Part shown: piece by piece, positions 48,071 to 61,192 of the stretch
Numbering within the stretch: position 1 is the stretch's first letter
Layout: every line of letters begins with the position of its first letter
Assembly (NCBI GenBank): GCA_964270895.1
Contig: OZ185435.1
Source of the DNA: Podarcis filfolensis
Taxonomy: Eukaryota
Strand: one strand, 5' to 3'
DNA length: 64,000 nt
Made by a program: the position numbers and the translations under genes
Notes under the pieces: model-generated
What the model was told of the DNA's origin: nothing
Seen by the model: only the letters and a program-made list of their open reading frames with translations
The model's database searches: none

Positions 48071-48218
48071 AGATACAGGTAGGTAGCCGTGTTGGTCTGC
48101 CATAGTCAAAACAAAATAAAAAAAATTCTTCCAGTAGCACCTTAGAGACCAACTAAGTTTGTTACTGGTATGAGCTTTCGTGTGCATGCACACTTCTTCA
48201 GATACACTTCTTCAGATA
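48071..48218 (-). mobile_element. Penelope-like element terminal-repeat / retrozyme-type monomer
   Basis: agatac repeated 129 nt apart (48071, 48200); interior gtagccgtgttggtctg...gcaccttagagaccaac...gagctttcg matches the reptile Penelope repeat as I recall it; extra 14-bp tandem duplication cacttcttcagata. Confidence 0.7.
48168..48205 (-). ncRNA. Minimal type I hammerhead ribozyme motif
   Basis: RNA GUAU-CUGAAGA-A-GUGUG-CAUG-CACAC-GAAA-GC-UC^AUAC: stem I GUAU/AUAC, intact CUGANGA and GAAA cores, 5-bp stem II, loop-less palindromic stem III (AGCU), CUC cleavage triplet. Confidence 0.8.
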
Positions 48219-49524
48219 ATATGAGGAAGGAGCATGCCTGTGAATATTTGTTGATGGAAATCCCAACTGGGGAGAGGGATGCTGCATTCAGATCTTGTTT
48301 GTGGGCTTCCAATGGACACTGGCTTGGTCGCTGTGAGAACAGGGGACTGGATTGGATGGGCCTTTGGCCTGATCAAGCAGAGTTCTTCCTACATTCTCAC
48401 AAAGTTCTCTGGGTGGTTTACATTATGGTGCCCATTCTGAAGAAATCTACTAATGTGTAAGCAACTCGAGTTTTAGCCTAGCGCCTCAATGAGAGCAAAG
48501 TGTGGGTCTCAACTGAATACCCAAAGCATGGATTCTCAGCTGACCTGAAACATGAGAGATTTTAAAAACAGAAAATATATTTCACCCTCTCCGTGTTGTG
48601 TAAAATTAATTTATTCTGGAAAACTTTTCCAGAATGCCTGTTTAGGGCACCTGCATGTGCTCTTCCCTTTATGCCAATGTCATGGAACTTATATTTATGA
48701 TACATTTCCTTAATAAATAAAGCAAAACAGGTGCTACAAACCAGTACTTTGATAGTGTGGTTTTATTACTGTTCCGATAAAACCAAGAATGTTAGCAAGA
48801 AGATGAGCTCCTTTATCTTTATGGAACCGTGAAAGTGATATCGACTGATTTCAAACTGCTGGGAAGAATATATTACCTTGGTCCTTAAAGCAGCTAACTT
48901 TTTTATTTCACCAAAGAGACAGCATATGAAAAAATTCTTAAGAAATCTCCAGCCATTAAAAAAAACAACCTAACTTGTACATATTGAACTATTACCATGT
49001 CATGTCTGTAAATCATGAGGATGTTATAGCAAGTGTGCATTATATTAGCTCATATGTTATCAAATTGCTCCCTCCTTTGCTAGCATTTAGGATTATTGGG
49101 CCCCTTGCCATCATACTTCAGTAGTGTGGGAGCCCCTTCCCTGTGGCGATCGAATGCCATTGCAATAAGCATCTCTGCATGGGTGGAGCAAATCACAACA
49201 GTCCTTCCTTGAAGCTTCATGCTTGCCTCTTTTTATATAACAACATGTGGAAATGTAAAGTGTCCTTTGGCAGATGTAAACTTGCAAAGGCTTGCAGGTG
49301 GAATTCCTTCCTATTACAGCCTACCAAAGGATTCAGAATTTGCCACTCTAGATGTTACCAACATTTATAACCTGTGTATTCAGGTTTTGCTGTAGGTAAG
49401 GTCCAGAATGAGATCATGAATTAATCCTAGGAATTTATTCATTTAGACTGGCTTCCCCAAAGTCTCAAATAATTTTAGAACACATTAAAACATCAAAATA
49501 ATCTAGAATAAAACAAGGCTGTGT

Positions 49525-49569
49525 TTTAATTTGTGTAAGCTGCCTTGAGTCCCAGTCTGGGGAAAAGGC

Positions 49570-49640
<71 letters not shown>
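49525..49640 (+). mobile_element. L2-type 3' tip with (GAAA)n tail
   Basis: tgtaagctgccttgagtccc...ggggaaaaggca followed by a long GAAA microsatellite. Confidence 0.6.
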
Positions 49641-49641
<1 letters not shown>

Positions 49642-50794
49642 TTAACACATTTATTATCATTTGCAGAATGTAGGCCATGTAGTGGAATCAAAACAGCATT
49701 TAAAATATTCACGGTTGTTTTCCAAGCACACTTTCATGGATCCAAGTTCTGTTGAACTGCATGGGACTACAAATTCTGACTACAAATATTCCATAAACAT
49801 TGCACTCAAAGAGGTTCACAATAAAGGCATGATCAAACAAAAATACATCACTGTCCATGACACAGTTCAAAGCAGTTTCATAATAAAAATGCATAATCCA
49901 ATTATATCAATGTATTAAGAAGTCAGAATTCAAAATGAAGGAGGGCAGTGGTATGGCAACAGCAGCGTGAAAGCTTTTAAAGAGCTGCAGAGAAAGGTGG
50001 GACCAGCGTTCAGCCTTAGGTGTTTGCAGGAACAAGGTATTCCATCCCCTTTAGCCTAGCTTTTAAGCAGAAGGTGGCAAAGCTCTCTGATTATGACGGT
50101 CTCTCTACAGAAGGTGACAATGGTCTGAAGTTCATACTCACTTGTTGTAGAGTCTCAAGGGGAGTTCTGAGACAGGGCATACTAATGCAGATTGTCTCTG
50201 TAATGCAATAAAGCACAGATTGCTGAAATGGAAGAATCACAAAAGGCCAATCAATGCCTAGCAATCCCCTGGAAACCTCCACCATGAATTCCAAATCTAG
50301 AGGGTGCTTCACAAATATTGCTGTCTTTAATGGAAACCATAAAAGCTACTTACAGATGATACTGTATGAGAGACATGCTTTCAAAGATCTTCATATATCA
50401 GCCATCTATTTTCACTTCTTTGATGCTTAAAGCACAGTTGTACAGCTCTTGCTTACTTAAAGAACAGCACAGATAGGAACAATGGAAGATTTTTCTATAC
50501 ATGCAATTTCTTTGTAAAGAATTCATTCCCTTTCCAGGTGCACAGACAATAGATGTTGCCAATGAATCATATGAAAAAAGCAGTGTGCAGGGAACTGATC
50601 CTGAACATTGTGCAATGAAAGAAAGAAAGAAAAAACTGAGATGGAAAAATTGAGAGCATTCCTGTGTTCTTGCTTTTGAAGAGCATCATATAGAAGGGCA
50701 GGGAATATTAGCAATCAGAACACTGAAAGGGCCTTTCTAAAGGGTAGTCTCTAGGTCCAAGTTTCAAAGGCACTGGAGACCAATTCTGAGGGTA

Positions 50795-51180
50795 ATAATA
50801 ATAATTTTTAAATTTATACCCCGCCCCTCCTGGTTTAAAAACCGGGCTCAGGACGGCTAACAGCAAATATAAAACCTTGATTAAAATTTGACTTAAAAAC
50901 AGCATAAAACAGCATAGAATACAACATAAAATGCAGCATCAATATCAAATAGAATTCAAAAATTCAGGGGTCATTTTTGGGAAGAAAAAACCCCCCAGTC
51001 AGTAGACATTGAACGATCACCAGGACTAACTGGCCAAGTTGGTCCTACTAGGGCCAGCAAGGAGACCAGGAAGAATTTAAATGTGGAGTCCCAGAAAGGG
51101 TTTCTTCATAGAAGAGGGAAGGGGAAAGGGAATAGAGGATCAGGCTAATTCAAATTGAAAGCCAGGAGGAACAGAGTCTG
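50795..51180 (-). mobile_element. L2-type LINE 3' end
   Basis: aataataataat...tttataccccgccc...gggctcaggacggctaaca tail in reverse; right boundary approximate. Confidence 0.55.
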
Positions 51181-52904
51181 GGGAAAATATGCCAGGCTAA
51201 TGCTAGTGGATATCAAAAGGACTTCTCCTAAGACTGCAAACTTTAGCTGGCTTGGAATAAAACATGCTTTGCATGTATGAAGTCCTGGGTTCAGTCCCTG
51301 ATAATTTAACACTTAATAGATCTTGATAAGAAAGCTTGGAAATGCCTCCCCACATGAGACTTCAGAAATATGCTGTCAACTCTGGCTAGTAATGGACAAT
51401 GGATCTTGCCATGGGCTTAGGTGAAGGGATGGATGAAGGCCACAATTAGCATCTGGATGCTGCAGCAAGACTTTAAAGCAGGCATGGAGAGATGCTGGCC
51501 ATCCCATATGCTATTTGAGGACTACTTCTCTCATCATCCCTGACCGTTTGTCACTCTAATGGGAGTAAGAGACCAACATACTTCAGGAAGACCAAGGGTT
51601 CTTCATCCCTGTTTGAAGGTCCTGGTTCTAGCAGGGAAAAGTGACCATGTGAGCTCCACTTCAAACTGCAAAATGCCTTTGGTTAGCATAGACTCTTTGC
51701 CAGAAGGATTCCCTCTTAAGGAATTGCCCCAAGACAAATTAGATTTCTCCCGTGCCCCCATAATTGTTTTATTTGTAACGTAGGCTGCAGATCAATGTAA
51801 AGGTTAAGGGGAGGAGAAGAGAGAAAGCAATAATGTTCTGTACAAAAGCTGCTTCTTAGTTCCTGGTGTCCTTAAGGAAGAAAGAGAAAAGAAACTGAAA
51901 GTACAGCATTATTATAATAAAAATAGTGATGACTGATGAGAAGAATATGAAAAGGCTGGTGAAAAGAAGCTCTCAATTCCAAAAGGCACATGGATTCCCT
52001 CTGCAATTGGAAAACACATCAGTTAAATATTGAACAAAATATAACAGAGGATTAGAAGCCTTCCGAATAGTAATAATAATGGGTAGTAAATTGCAAATGT
52101 GTTTGTACTTCGTTTCTCATGTCAAATAACCTTTTTCATATATGCAAGAATGGAAGATATTCAAACATAATATTTGCTTTTCTTTCCTCCTGCCCTCCCA
52201 CCCTGCAAAAAAAAAATAAAAATCTTGTTGGCATAATTGACAATGAAGTCAGAACAGAAGTTATTTCTAGTGTGTAGCTTAACCAAAATAAATGAAGTCA
52301 TGTATCCTGTTGAAAGGTAAGTGGTTTGCTCCTTTTTAGGCTCCTGAAGTGCCTGCATCCTGCAAATAGAGGTATTTCCCCCTCCCTCTGTTGGGATTTT
52401 TCTAGCCTTGCTGCAGAATAGACTAATCTTGGATCTGCTCTATTGCAACCCCTTAGGACCACCTGTCAACTGAAAAAGTGAGTTGGGGGAGGGGGACATG
52501 ACATATGCATTTTCCCAAAGTGACCTGTACTTAGTGGACAAATACCTGCTATGCCACTGAGCAACTGCTATGAGAGGGCTCTGATTGTTCTTTTCCCTTC
52601 ATCCTATTAAAAGGTGGCTTAACTTTTGAAGCTTTGGTCCCTTGAGTTTTCACTGTCAAACTGAAGTGATGTTTACTCTGAGCACAACGTCCCACTCCCT
52701 AGCCCATAAAAAAAGAAAAAATTACCAGCATGGGAATCAGGGGCCCACACCTGCAATTTGCATTGTGGGGGGTGGGCGGGTGGGGCGAGAGCTCCCATTC
52801 ACTTCACTTGCAAATTGCAGGCAAACTTGGGACTATGGTATTCCCCCTATGCTAAGGTCCTGATCTAGGCTAGCCCCATTCACTATTTTTTAGGGGGAAG
52901 AAAT

Positions 52905-53240
52905 TATTTTTTATTATTAACTTTTTATTATTACTATTATTACTACTATTATTATAAATTTCACTTATGCTTTTCAGGTTTAGTCATTTCACCAATTTTA
53001 CATTAATCTTAACATTTCAAAGCTTGACTTCCACCCCCTCTTTCTCCAGTTCCTTAACTTTATTTTTAATATCTTCTGCATATCCAAATTAACTTAATTT
53101 GCTCATTTATCCATCTACTTTAAATATATACTCTTATAAAGCTGCAGGTTATTACAATAATCCTGCCAATGTTCTTATTTGTTTACAATTTATCTGTAAA
53201 TATTCAATAAACAATTTCCATTCTTTTATAAAAAGTTTAT
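52905..53240 (-). mobile_element. L1 3' fragment
   Basis: Minus strand translates FIKEWKLFIEYLQINCKQIRTLAGLL*, homologous to the end of the L1 at 5470-5550; A-rich tail at left. Confidence 0.7.
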
Positions 53241-54043
53241 TGTTATTAGTTAACCACATAGAAGTTCTATTTACAACAACATGTTACATAGATTTTGTTA
53301 AGTTATTAATAGAAATAAATAAATAAATAAATGCCACATGTAGTTTGGCCTTGTGGCTAATCTATCCAGAGATGTTGGGTTCAATTCTTAGTGTATAATG
53401 TTGGAGAACCTTCATTCATTCTGCCCTACTTTGTTTGGGACATACATTCTGTATCACTCCACTACAGTGCACAATGGTCCCTTTAAGGTACTGTTTTAAG
53501 AGGGCTAAAGGATACATCAACTACTGGAGAAAATGAAGACATCAACAGATGGTGTTTGTGGGTTTTATTAAGGGCCCCCTGCAGTTTCTCCACATAATTT
53601 GTCTACCACGCCTTATGGACATACCCACAAGAACAGGTACATCTGAACAAGACAGATGAATTGGCCTCAAAGCTTGGGGTAGTCCCTTAGAGGCACACGC
53701 CAAAAGAACACTCAGTCCTCACATCATTATGTAGAAGCAAAATGTTGCCGTTATATTCACTGCTTCAGTGTAGCTTTGTTTTTCATGACTGTAACAAAGG
53801 TGGGGGGAGTGTTTCGCATTGTCTGAAATGTAAAATGACCACTCCACACCCTCCCCAGCCCTTTCAGGAAATCCTGACTAAGACTGGTATCCACCACCTT
53901 AACAGTTTTCTCCCGTTTAACTGGAAATTATACAGTTTGCGGTACAATGTTCTGCTAAGTTGGGAACCTATGCAGTGGTCTTTTTCTTTCCCCCCTAGGG
54001 GCCAGTTTTCCTAGCCTCAGCCTTAGCTGGCTTTAAGCTTGTC

Positions 54044-54045
<2 letters not shown>

Positions 54046-54091
<46 letters not shown>
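54046..54091. repeat. (GAAA)n microsatellite
   Basis: Direct reading. Confidence 0.95.
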
Positions 54092-55214
54092 GAGGTTATT
54101 AAAAATGTTCCAGCCTTTCAGTAACTGGGCCTGCTAGGCACAACAGTGCAATACTATAGGGACCCTTTCCCCTATTTAGTCATGTCATTTGGCACATTGC
54201 CTATAGCTAAGAATGAGATACCATCTGTTATGTGTTCAGAATGGTAGTCTAGTGAATTTCAGCTCCTTGCTTTTTACAACCTAAAACAAAAACGGATTAT
54301 ACCACCTTGTTCAACATTCACATTCATTTGTTTCTCTCTGTTAACCCTCATTTAAATGGTTTATCATTTTACTTAATTTTTATAATCATTTAGAAGATCA
54401 TTTAGAATGGCAGAGGGCTGAGGTGCTTATGGTGACTGGGCTATTCTAATCCTTGTTGAATTCCCTTGATATTTTGCTTCATTGCCTGTTGAATAAAAAG
54501 CCAACCCCCCCCCCAAAAAAAAACAGTGAAGGGGAAGGGAGGGGGGAATCCCCTGAAATGAGTGACAGGGTGCTAATGTGCAATAGTTAGGGTTACAGTG
54601 AGACTACCAGACCGCTTTCAATTTCAGATTTTAATAATTTTTACATTAGACAAAATCAGCATATTAATTTGCTACAAAAGATTGTAATATAATAAAATGC
54701 ACTCCGAGCAGTCAGAAAACTCTTGGCCAATTCCTTAAAGACTTGAAATGGATATTGTGTGTGTAGTATAATTGCTTCATAACGATATTCTCAGAGATGG
54801 GTTGTGCCACAGCGAGAGGGTCTGAATTTCATTCCCCCAGTGCTTTTCATAAGCCAGATGAAAACTACTCTTAACAATCCTATGCATATCTATTTTGAAG
54901 CAAGGCCCCTTGAATTGAATGTGATTTATTTCCAGGTAAGCGTGTATAGGATTATGCACATAGTTTGTTCAAAGGCGTGTGTGAGCATTTGCATTTTGTG
55001 CATGTAGCAGCTCTCCCACTGCAACCCCCTTGTACCCTACCCTTTCCTTCCTCTTCCAGCCATGGAGGTGTTCAGATGTATTCTAACTACATTCAGTTAA
55101 ACGTGGCTAGAATTGAAGCACTGGCTCTTATCTTTAAAGACATCAGTGATTTGGGACCTGGATATCTGAAGGCCCTGCTTGTATGTTATGGTCATCTGAA
55201 GAGGTCCTGTTAAA

Positions 55215-55925
55215 ACTATGAGATGAACCTTGCTTGATCAGACTGATGTCCAGCATTCTCTTCTCACAACAACCAACCAGGCATGAGTGCAGTTGGCCTT
55301 TCCCACTTGTGATCCACAATACAACAACTGGCATTCAGAGGTATATTGCCTCTAACACTAGAGTTAGGACACAGCTGCCATGGCAGGCAGTCAATGATAG
55401 CCTTGTTCTCTATACATTGGTCTTATCCCTGTTTAAAGCCATCACTATCTCTTGTGGTAGTGAATGCCAGAGTTTAACCCTGAGGTCCAGCGGCGAGGGC
55501 CTTCTGATGGTTCCCTCACTGCGAGAAGTGAGGTTACAGGGAACCAGGCAGAGGGCCTTCTTGGTAGTGGTGCCTGCCCTGTGGAACGCACTCCCATCAG
55601 ATGTCAAGGAAATAAACAACTATCTGACTTTTAGAAGACATCTGAAGGCAGCCCTGTTTAGGGAAATTTTTAATGTTTGATGTTTTATGGTGTTTTTAAT
55701 ATTCTGTTGGGAGCTGCCCAGAATGGCTGGGAAGACCCGCCAGATGGGCGGGGTATAAATAAATCATCATCATCATCATCATCATTATCATGTGCTGTGT
55801 GAAGAAGGAACTCCTTCTGTGTGTCCAAGCATTCGGATTCATTGGCTGACCCTGAGTTCTAACCTTATGAGAAAGGGAGAAAAACTCAATATCCACTTTC
55901 TCCACACTATGCCTATATGCACTTT
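55215..55925 (-). mobile_element. CR1-type 3' region interrupted by an L2 insertion
   Basis: gtccagcattctcttctcac...caactggcattcagagg...gagtttaac [L2] atgtgctgtgtgaagaag...ctttctccacactatgc. Confidence 0.6.
55481..55789 (+). mobile_element. L2-type LINE 3' end with (CAT)n tail
   Basis: Open frame LRSSGEGLLMVPSLREVRLQGTRQRAFLVVVPALWNALP (L2 ORF2 C-terminal RAF...P.LWN.LP motif) then gggtataaataaatcatcat. Confidence 0.85.
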
Positions 55926-57842
55926 GTGTCCCTGCAGAAGATAGGGACATCACACAGCACAGGCCTTTTCATCCGCAGCACATGGACTTTGGAACTCTTT
56001 CCGGCAGGAAAACTGTCTATCTACCACACTGGACACATTTAAGCACTGGGTGAAAATGACATGCATTTTATGGTATTGCTTGCTGATCTTTTTAAGCTGT
56101 TATCTTGTTGGTTTTGCTGTTGGATTGGTTGTGTTGTTTAGTGTTTTGAATATCAGGTTGTCGTTTTAATTGGTTCGGTTTTTGCTATTGATTGTAAGCC
56201 ACCTTGAATATCCTTTCTGGGTAGAAAATATGGGATATAGGTATTATAAATTAATAATACAGATAAGAAATTCTCATTTCTAACATGAAATGCACACTTT
56301 ATAATTATCTATCTATCCATTGCAAAATATGTAAAGAAAGAACAAGCAATGTTTCATTTCTATTAAGTGATTCATACGGTAGAATTCTCATAATGCTAGA
56401 TTCTAATATAAATAAGCTCCATTAGTATATGTCCACACTGAAGTATCCCTAGAGCTAAACCATCAGCCTGACCTTCTTATCTGAATGCTAGTTTTTCTGA
56501 GAACAACAATGCAAAATCACATATTAGTACTAATTTGGCACTGTCTTTTCCTGTCACAATTGTTTTTACATCCAGCTCTTTGTTGCCCTTCAAACAGATG
56601 CAGTGGGATTTTATAGCAAATGTCTTTTCTGGCTTTCTCTATATCTTTTCCTTTTTCCCCCCTTTCAAAAATCCCTGGATGTTTAGATAAGCTTGACAGT
56701 AGCTCATAGGCACTCTGTATATTTGCTTTTATTTTGCTTTCCCTTTCTGATTGTCATTCTTTTAAGAACAATGGGTGTGTATGGGCCTCCTCTCATGCAG
56801 GTGCATTTATGTTACATTCTGAAAGCATAGCTACATGCTTCTAGCTGCTACTTTACCTGATAGAAATTGCATTGGCACACAAAGGCAAATCTTTGCAAAT
56901 GAAAGGTAGTTTTAAGGGAGATCATTCAGTATCAAAACTTGCATGAGCGTTATGGGGAATGGAAAGAGCCAAATCATTTACTTGTAATGCTGAGTTGTGA
57001 CTAACCATTGATTTAACTAAACACTTTGAACTATGAGCCTCAATAACTAAGGGACTGGAAATCTAGATCCCAATTTGACGCTATATCTGTAATCTAGCAG
57101 TTACTGTTCAATGACTGTTTGCTTATACATTTCTGTTTTCTTTATATGCACTAACAGAGCACCAATTTTTCAATCAGTATTTTAAGCCACCCTTCACAGT
57201 TCCACTTTTCTAGAAAATTCACTGTAAAATCATTGGGTTTAAATGCAGCTTTGAAACAGCTCATAATTTCTACCACTAGAGAGCACTACAATATTAAAAG
57301 CTTCCTTGCCTTTTGTGAACATTTTCTTATTTCCTTATTGAAAACAGAATCGATTGGCTTTATAATTCTGCCCCTAATAAGATTCTAAAATATATAATTG
57401 GGATTATCTTGAAGGGTAAAACACCATTCAAAAGATGAAGAGAGTCCCTCTCTCCACTGACTCACACACTTAATTTAATATTCTCCCTGCAGCATTTCCC
57501 ACTTTTCCATTTAAAAGTGTGTGTTTTTTTCTGAGGCATTAGAAACTGCTGCAGCAAACATCAAATGAAGCCCCAGCTGTGCACACCATAAATCACCACA
57601 TGCACAAAACCTTTGACTTGCACCCTAAAGATTAGGAAAATAAGCATACCTAAAATTTACCGGTAAATATGATCCAGACAGCTTATGAGAACAGCATTTG
57701 GTTCCGTTAAGATCTTCAGAAGGCATCATAGCAGACAGAATACCATGACATCCACATTTCCATGTATTCACCTATGCACACTCACAGAATTCTTACTGAA
57801 CCAGTATTGTTCAAGTGTAGCATTCTTGGTACAGTGCTATAA

Positions 57843-58194
57843 AAAGGTAAAGGTACCCCTGACAGTTAGGTCCAGTTGCAGACGACTCTGGGGTTGCAGT
57901 GCTCATCTCGCTTTACTGGTCGAGGGAGTCAGTGTACAGCTTCCGGGTCATGTGGCCAGCATGACTAAGCCGCTTCTGGCGAACCAGAGCAGCGCATGGA
58001 AACGCCATTTACCTTCCTGCTGGAGCGGTACCTATTTATCTACTTGCACTTTGATGTGCATTCGAACTGCTAGGTGGGCAGGAGCTGGTACCAGGCAATG
58101 GGAGCTCATCCCTTTGCGGGGATTCGAACCGCCAACCTTCTGATCAGCAAGCCCTAGGGCTCTGTGGTTTAGACCACAGCGCCACCCGCATCCA
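57843..58194 (-). mobile_element. Sauria SINE, full length
   Basis: aaaggtaaaggtacccctgac tail, body, head; 8-bp TSD TGCTATAA. Confidence 0.9.
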
Positions 58195-59124
58195 TGCTAT
58201 AACCGCTTGTAAAACAGACAAGGGAACTGAATCCCAATAACATACAAACTTTAATTCAAATGGGCTAAATCAGATGGATAAATAGATATTAAAAGCAGTT
58301 TCTAACATAATTTCCTCCACATCAGATATGATTGTTGTGGGCACTGATCCAGTTCTAGTGATGGGTAAGTTGTCTCAAATTGTAGCTAGTGATCCAGGAT
58401 GCCATGGGAATGTTCATGAGCATTGATTATAACAGCTAGTCATCCATCATGAATCCCATCAGCATCCACATCCAAAACACATATCCAGGCAGTTTAGTGA
58501 GTCCCAGATTAGCACTTCTTTGCTGGATCTTCATGGCAAAACAATAACATGGACCAGATGATTTCAAGCAAGGTAACTAGAAGGCCAAAGCGCTGATGCT
58601 GCGAAAAGTAGACTCAATATAATATATGATATTACTAAAAGCGTCTTTTTTATTCTTTCTAGTGCAAGATCAGTGATTTCTTTCTCTCTTTTTTTAATAG
58701 TGTTCATACAGTATCGTGGGAGCCTGAACTAAGAAAAGGAATTGCTTTTGGTGCTCCTAATCATATTATTCAAGTCCCCTGCCCAAATCCAATATGTCTC
58801 TTGGCTGTGTCTTAATGGTTCACATCTGTGGCAATAAATATCAAATGCATGGAGAAAAATAGTGAAGGAAACTCCATTGTGATAATGAGATTACTCTGGA
58901 AATAAAGCGCTGGATTACTGAAATCTAATTTGGAAGTGATAAAGTGCATACGATTGCCAAGTAATTATTTCTGCAGAGTCCTTTTCCATGAGGAAAAGGT
59001 CTGTGATTAGACATTACACTATGTTAATGTCACTGGAGCTTGACCTTGGTGCGAATGGGCAGAATATTTTGTGGCAAATAACAAATCAGCATTCAATGCT
59101 GTAGTCAGACTGTGAATTTAGGGC

Positions 59125-59235
59125 TCAGGGTTGTGTTGGTCCCACAACATCAGAGATAGATCCAAATGATACAATTTATTGAGTCAACTGTGTTTGTCTA
59201 AAGTTCCGGGGCAGGGAGCAGCCTTATCAATGCTA
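59125..59235 (-). mobile_element. Possible old Penelope-like repeat with a decayed hammerhead
   Basis: gttgtgttggtccca...atcagagatag...tttattgagtcaact...aagttccg...gccttatcaatgc follows the same layout as 48071-48205 but is highly diverged. Confidence 0.35.
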
Positions 59236-59321
59236 GTTGGTTGTCTTCAGCCAATTTGGGGCATTTGAAGACTATGCTGGACTAGTGGTTACCAATTTCC
59301 TGTGCAGGAGCCCTGCATCTC

Positions 59322-59322
<1 letters not shown>

Positions 59323-59390
<68 letters not shown>
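59323..59390. repeat. Compound (TG)n(AG)n microsatellite (a shorter one lies at about 36877-36912)
   Basis: Direct reading. Confidence 0.95.
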
Positions 59391-59393
<3 letters not shown>

Positions 59394-60772
59394 CATTCCA
59401 TGAGTTGATAGGGCAGTAGAAATACATTCATCTTAAATTCAAAATCATATTGCACATATTGACTGTATTTGACTGCAGACATCTTTTATTTGATCTTATT
59501 TGCTTTCTTTAATTAATGAAGCCTGCAGGCTCAGTCATTGTCTCATGATGAAGAAGGAGAAGGAGAACTGAAAAGTGACAGTGTATGAAATTTCCTGCAT
59601 GTGACTACCAAGTGAAAGTCTGAAAACTCAGGGATCTACCTGTGACTGTTTGTTGCTGTTTAAATGAGATGTCCCAAAAGTGGGGCAGCAAATGAGCAAT
59701 CATATATATGCATTTTTGAGACATTCATTCCCCCAATTACAGATATCATACAGTCTTTAGGATTCAAGATGGCACCATCAACACCATTACTTTTAGTGAT
59801 GCTTTCATCCAGTCAAAAAAGTCATGATGCCAAAATCAGGAAGTACAATGGAAATAAGGCCACCAGCAGACTAGCTGCACAGAAGTATCAGGGAGGGAAG
59901 TTATTTTCACTGGGTCTACTGGACATGGGGAAAATATTAAACTCCTCCATCCTTGTGTTGTGATTCTGATCCCTGTGCACTTATTTTTTAAAATAAAACA
60001 CATTAAATGCACACACACACCCTTAATGTATTGTCTAGTTTTGCCCTCATCTGGATAACAGACTGAACTATGTGAGGGGCATACAAAATTTCCAGGTACT
60101 TTTATACTGATGTCTCATATACTAGTAAGCCAGAACTGTAGCAAAAAGCCTTCTATCAGCCTTCCATTTCTCTCATTCTGGCAATCTATATTTCAAAAAA
60201 GAATATATATTTTTTGCTTCTAAAACATTCACCATTTTAAATTAGAGGTTGTACAGTTGATTTAAGCCATATAATAATAATTTAGCTAATATCTGAATTT
60301 TAATAGTGCCAAGACAATACAATCAAAACATTCTGAGTTGGGGTAAGCAGTTGCTGCCCCAAGAACCACACACCTGTTAAGCTGTAGTATTTGGCATAAT
60401 GGCTGCTACATCTCATTGATATTAATGGAATTATGCTGGCATAAATCCAAGTACTCTGACGTCTGTTTTATGAATTGCTGTAAGAATTTTAAATGCATTA
60501 GAAATTAAAGCCAGTAAATCTCTATGTGTCAGTAGATTAAACATTTGATCTATGAAATCAAGATGGCAAATGCAGCCAACAGATTTAAAAACACTGGTAT
60601 TAATATAAACATGAGTTCTGGTGAACCAGGACTACAAGTTTATATTACATTTATTTTATTTTTTAAAAAATTGGATCCTGCTATCCAGCTTTTGTAATAT
60701 TAATTACCATGCATAAAATTATATGACAAAAACTGAAATCTAACATTGATAAGAACATAAATATCAACAAAG

Positions 60773-60905
60773 CATAGAATTGTAGGATTGGAATGGACCA
60801 TATCCAGTCCAACCCCTTGCAATGCAGGAATCTTTTGCCCAACTTGGGGTTCAAACCCATAACCCTGAGATTATGAGTCCCATGTTCTACAAAGCAGAGT
60901 AGCAG
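60773..60905 (-). mobile_element. tRNA-head / CR1-tail SINE
   Basis: Minus strand: gtagaacatgggactcataatctcagggttatgggtttgaaccccaagttggg (tRNA-like) + attcctgcattgcaagggttggactgga...attctatg (CR1 tail). Confidence 0.7.
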
Positions 60906-61192
60906 CCTAATAAGGAAGCAATCTTGGCAGTCACTGTTCATTCCTCACCTGAAACAAAGCCATTTTGAGCTTTGCGGTAGGAAGCACCCACCACCTCCTT
61001 GCTAGACATTCTAGATCAACTGAAGTTTCTGAACAGTTCTTCAAGGGCAGCCCCATATACAGCACATAAAAGTAATCCAAAAGAAATGAAAAATGTGACT
61101 GCCTAAACAAAATAAATGCACCTTACCTAGTTTTAAGTATTAAAAAAACCACAAAATTTAAGTCACTAACCCCACTTTTTTTAGGTGCTTTT

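Noticed and set aside
57685-58143. 152-aa ORF and similar ORFs at 20330, 30610 and 40123
   Set aside because: Read-through of Sauria SINE sequence
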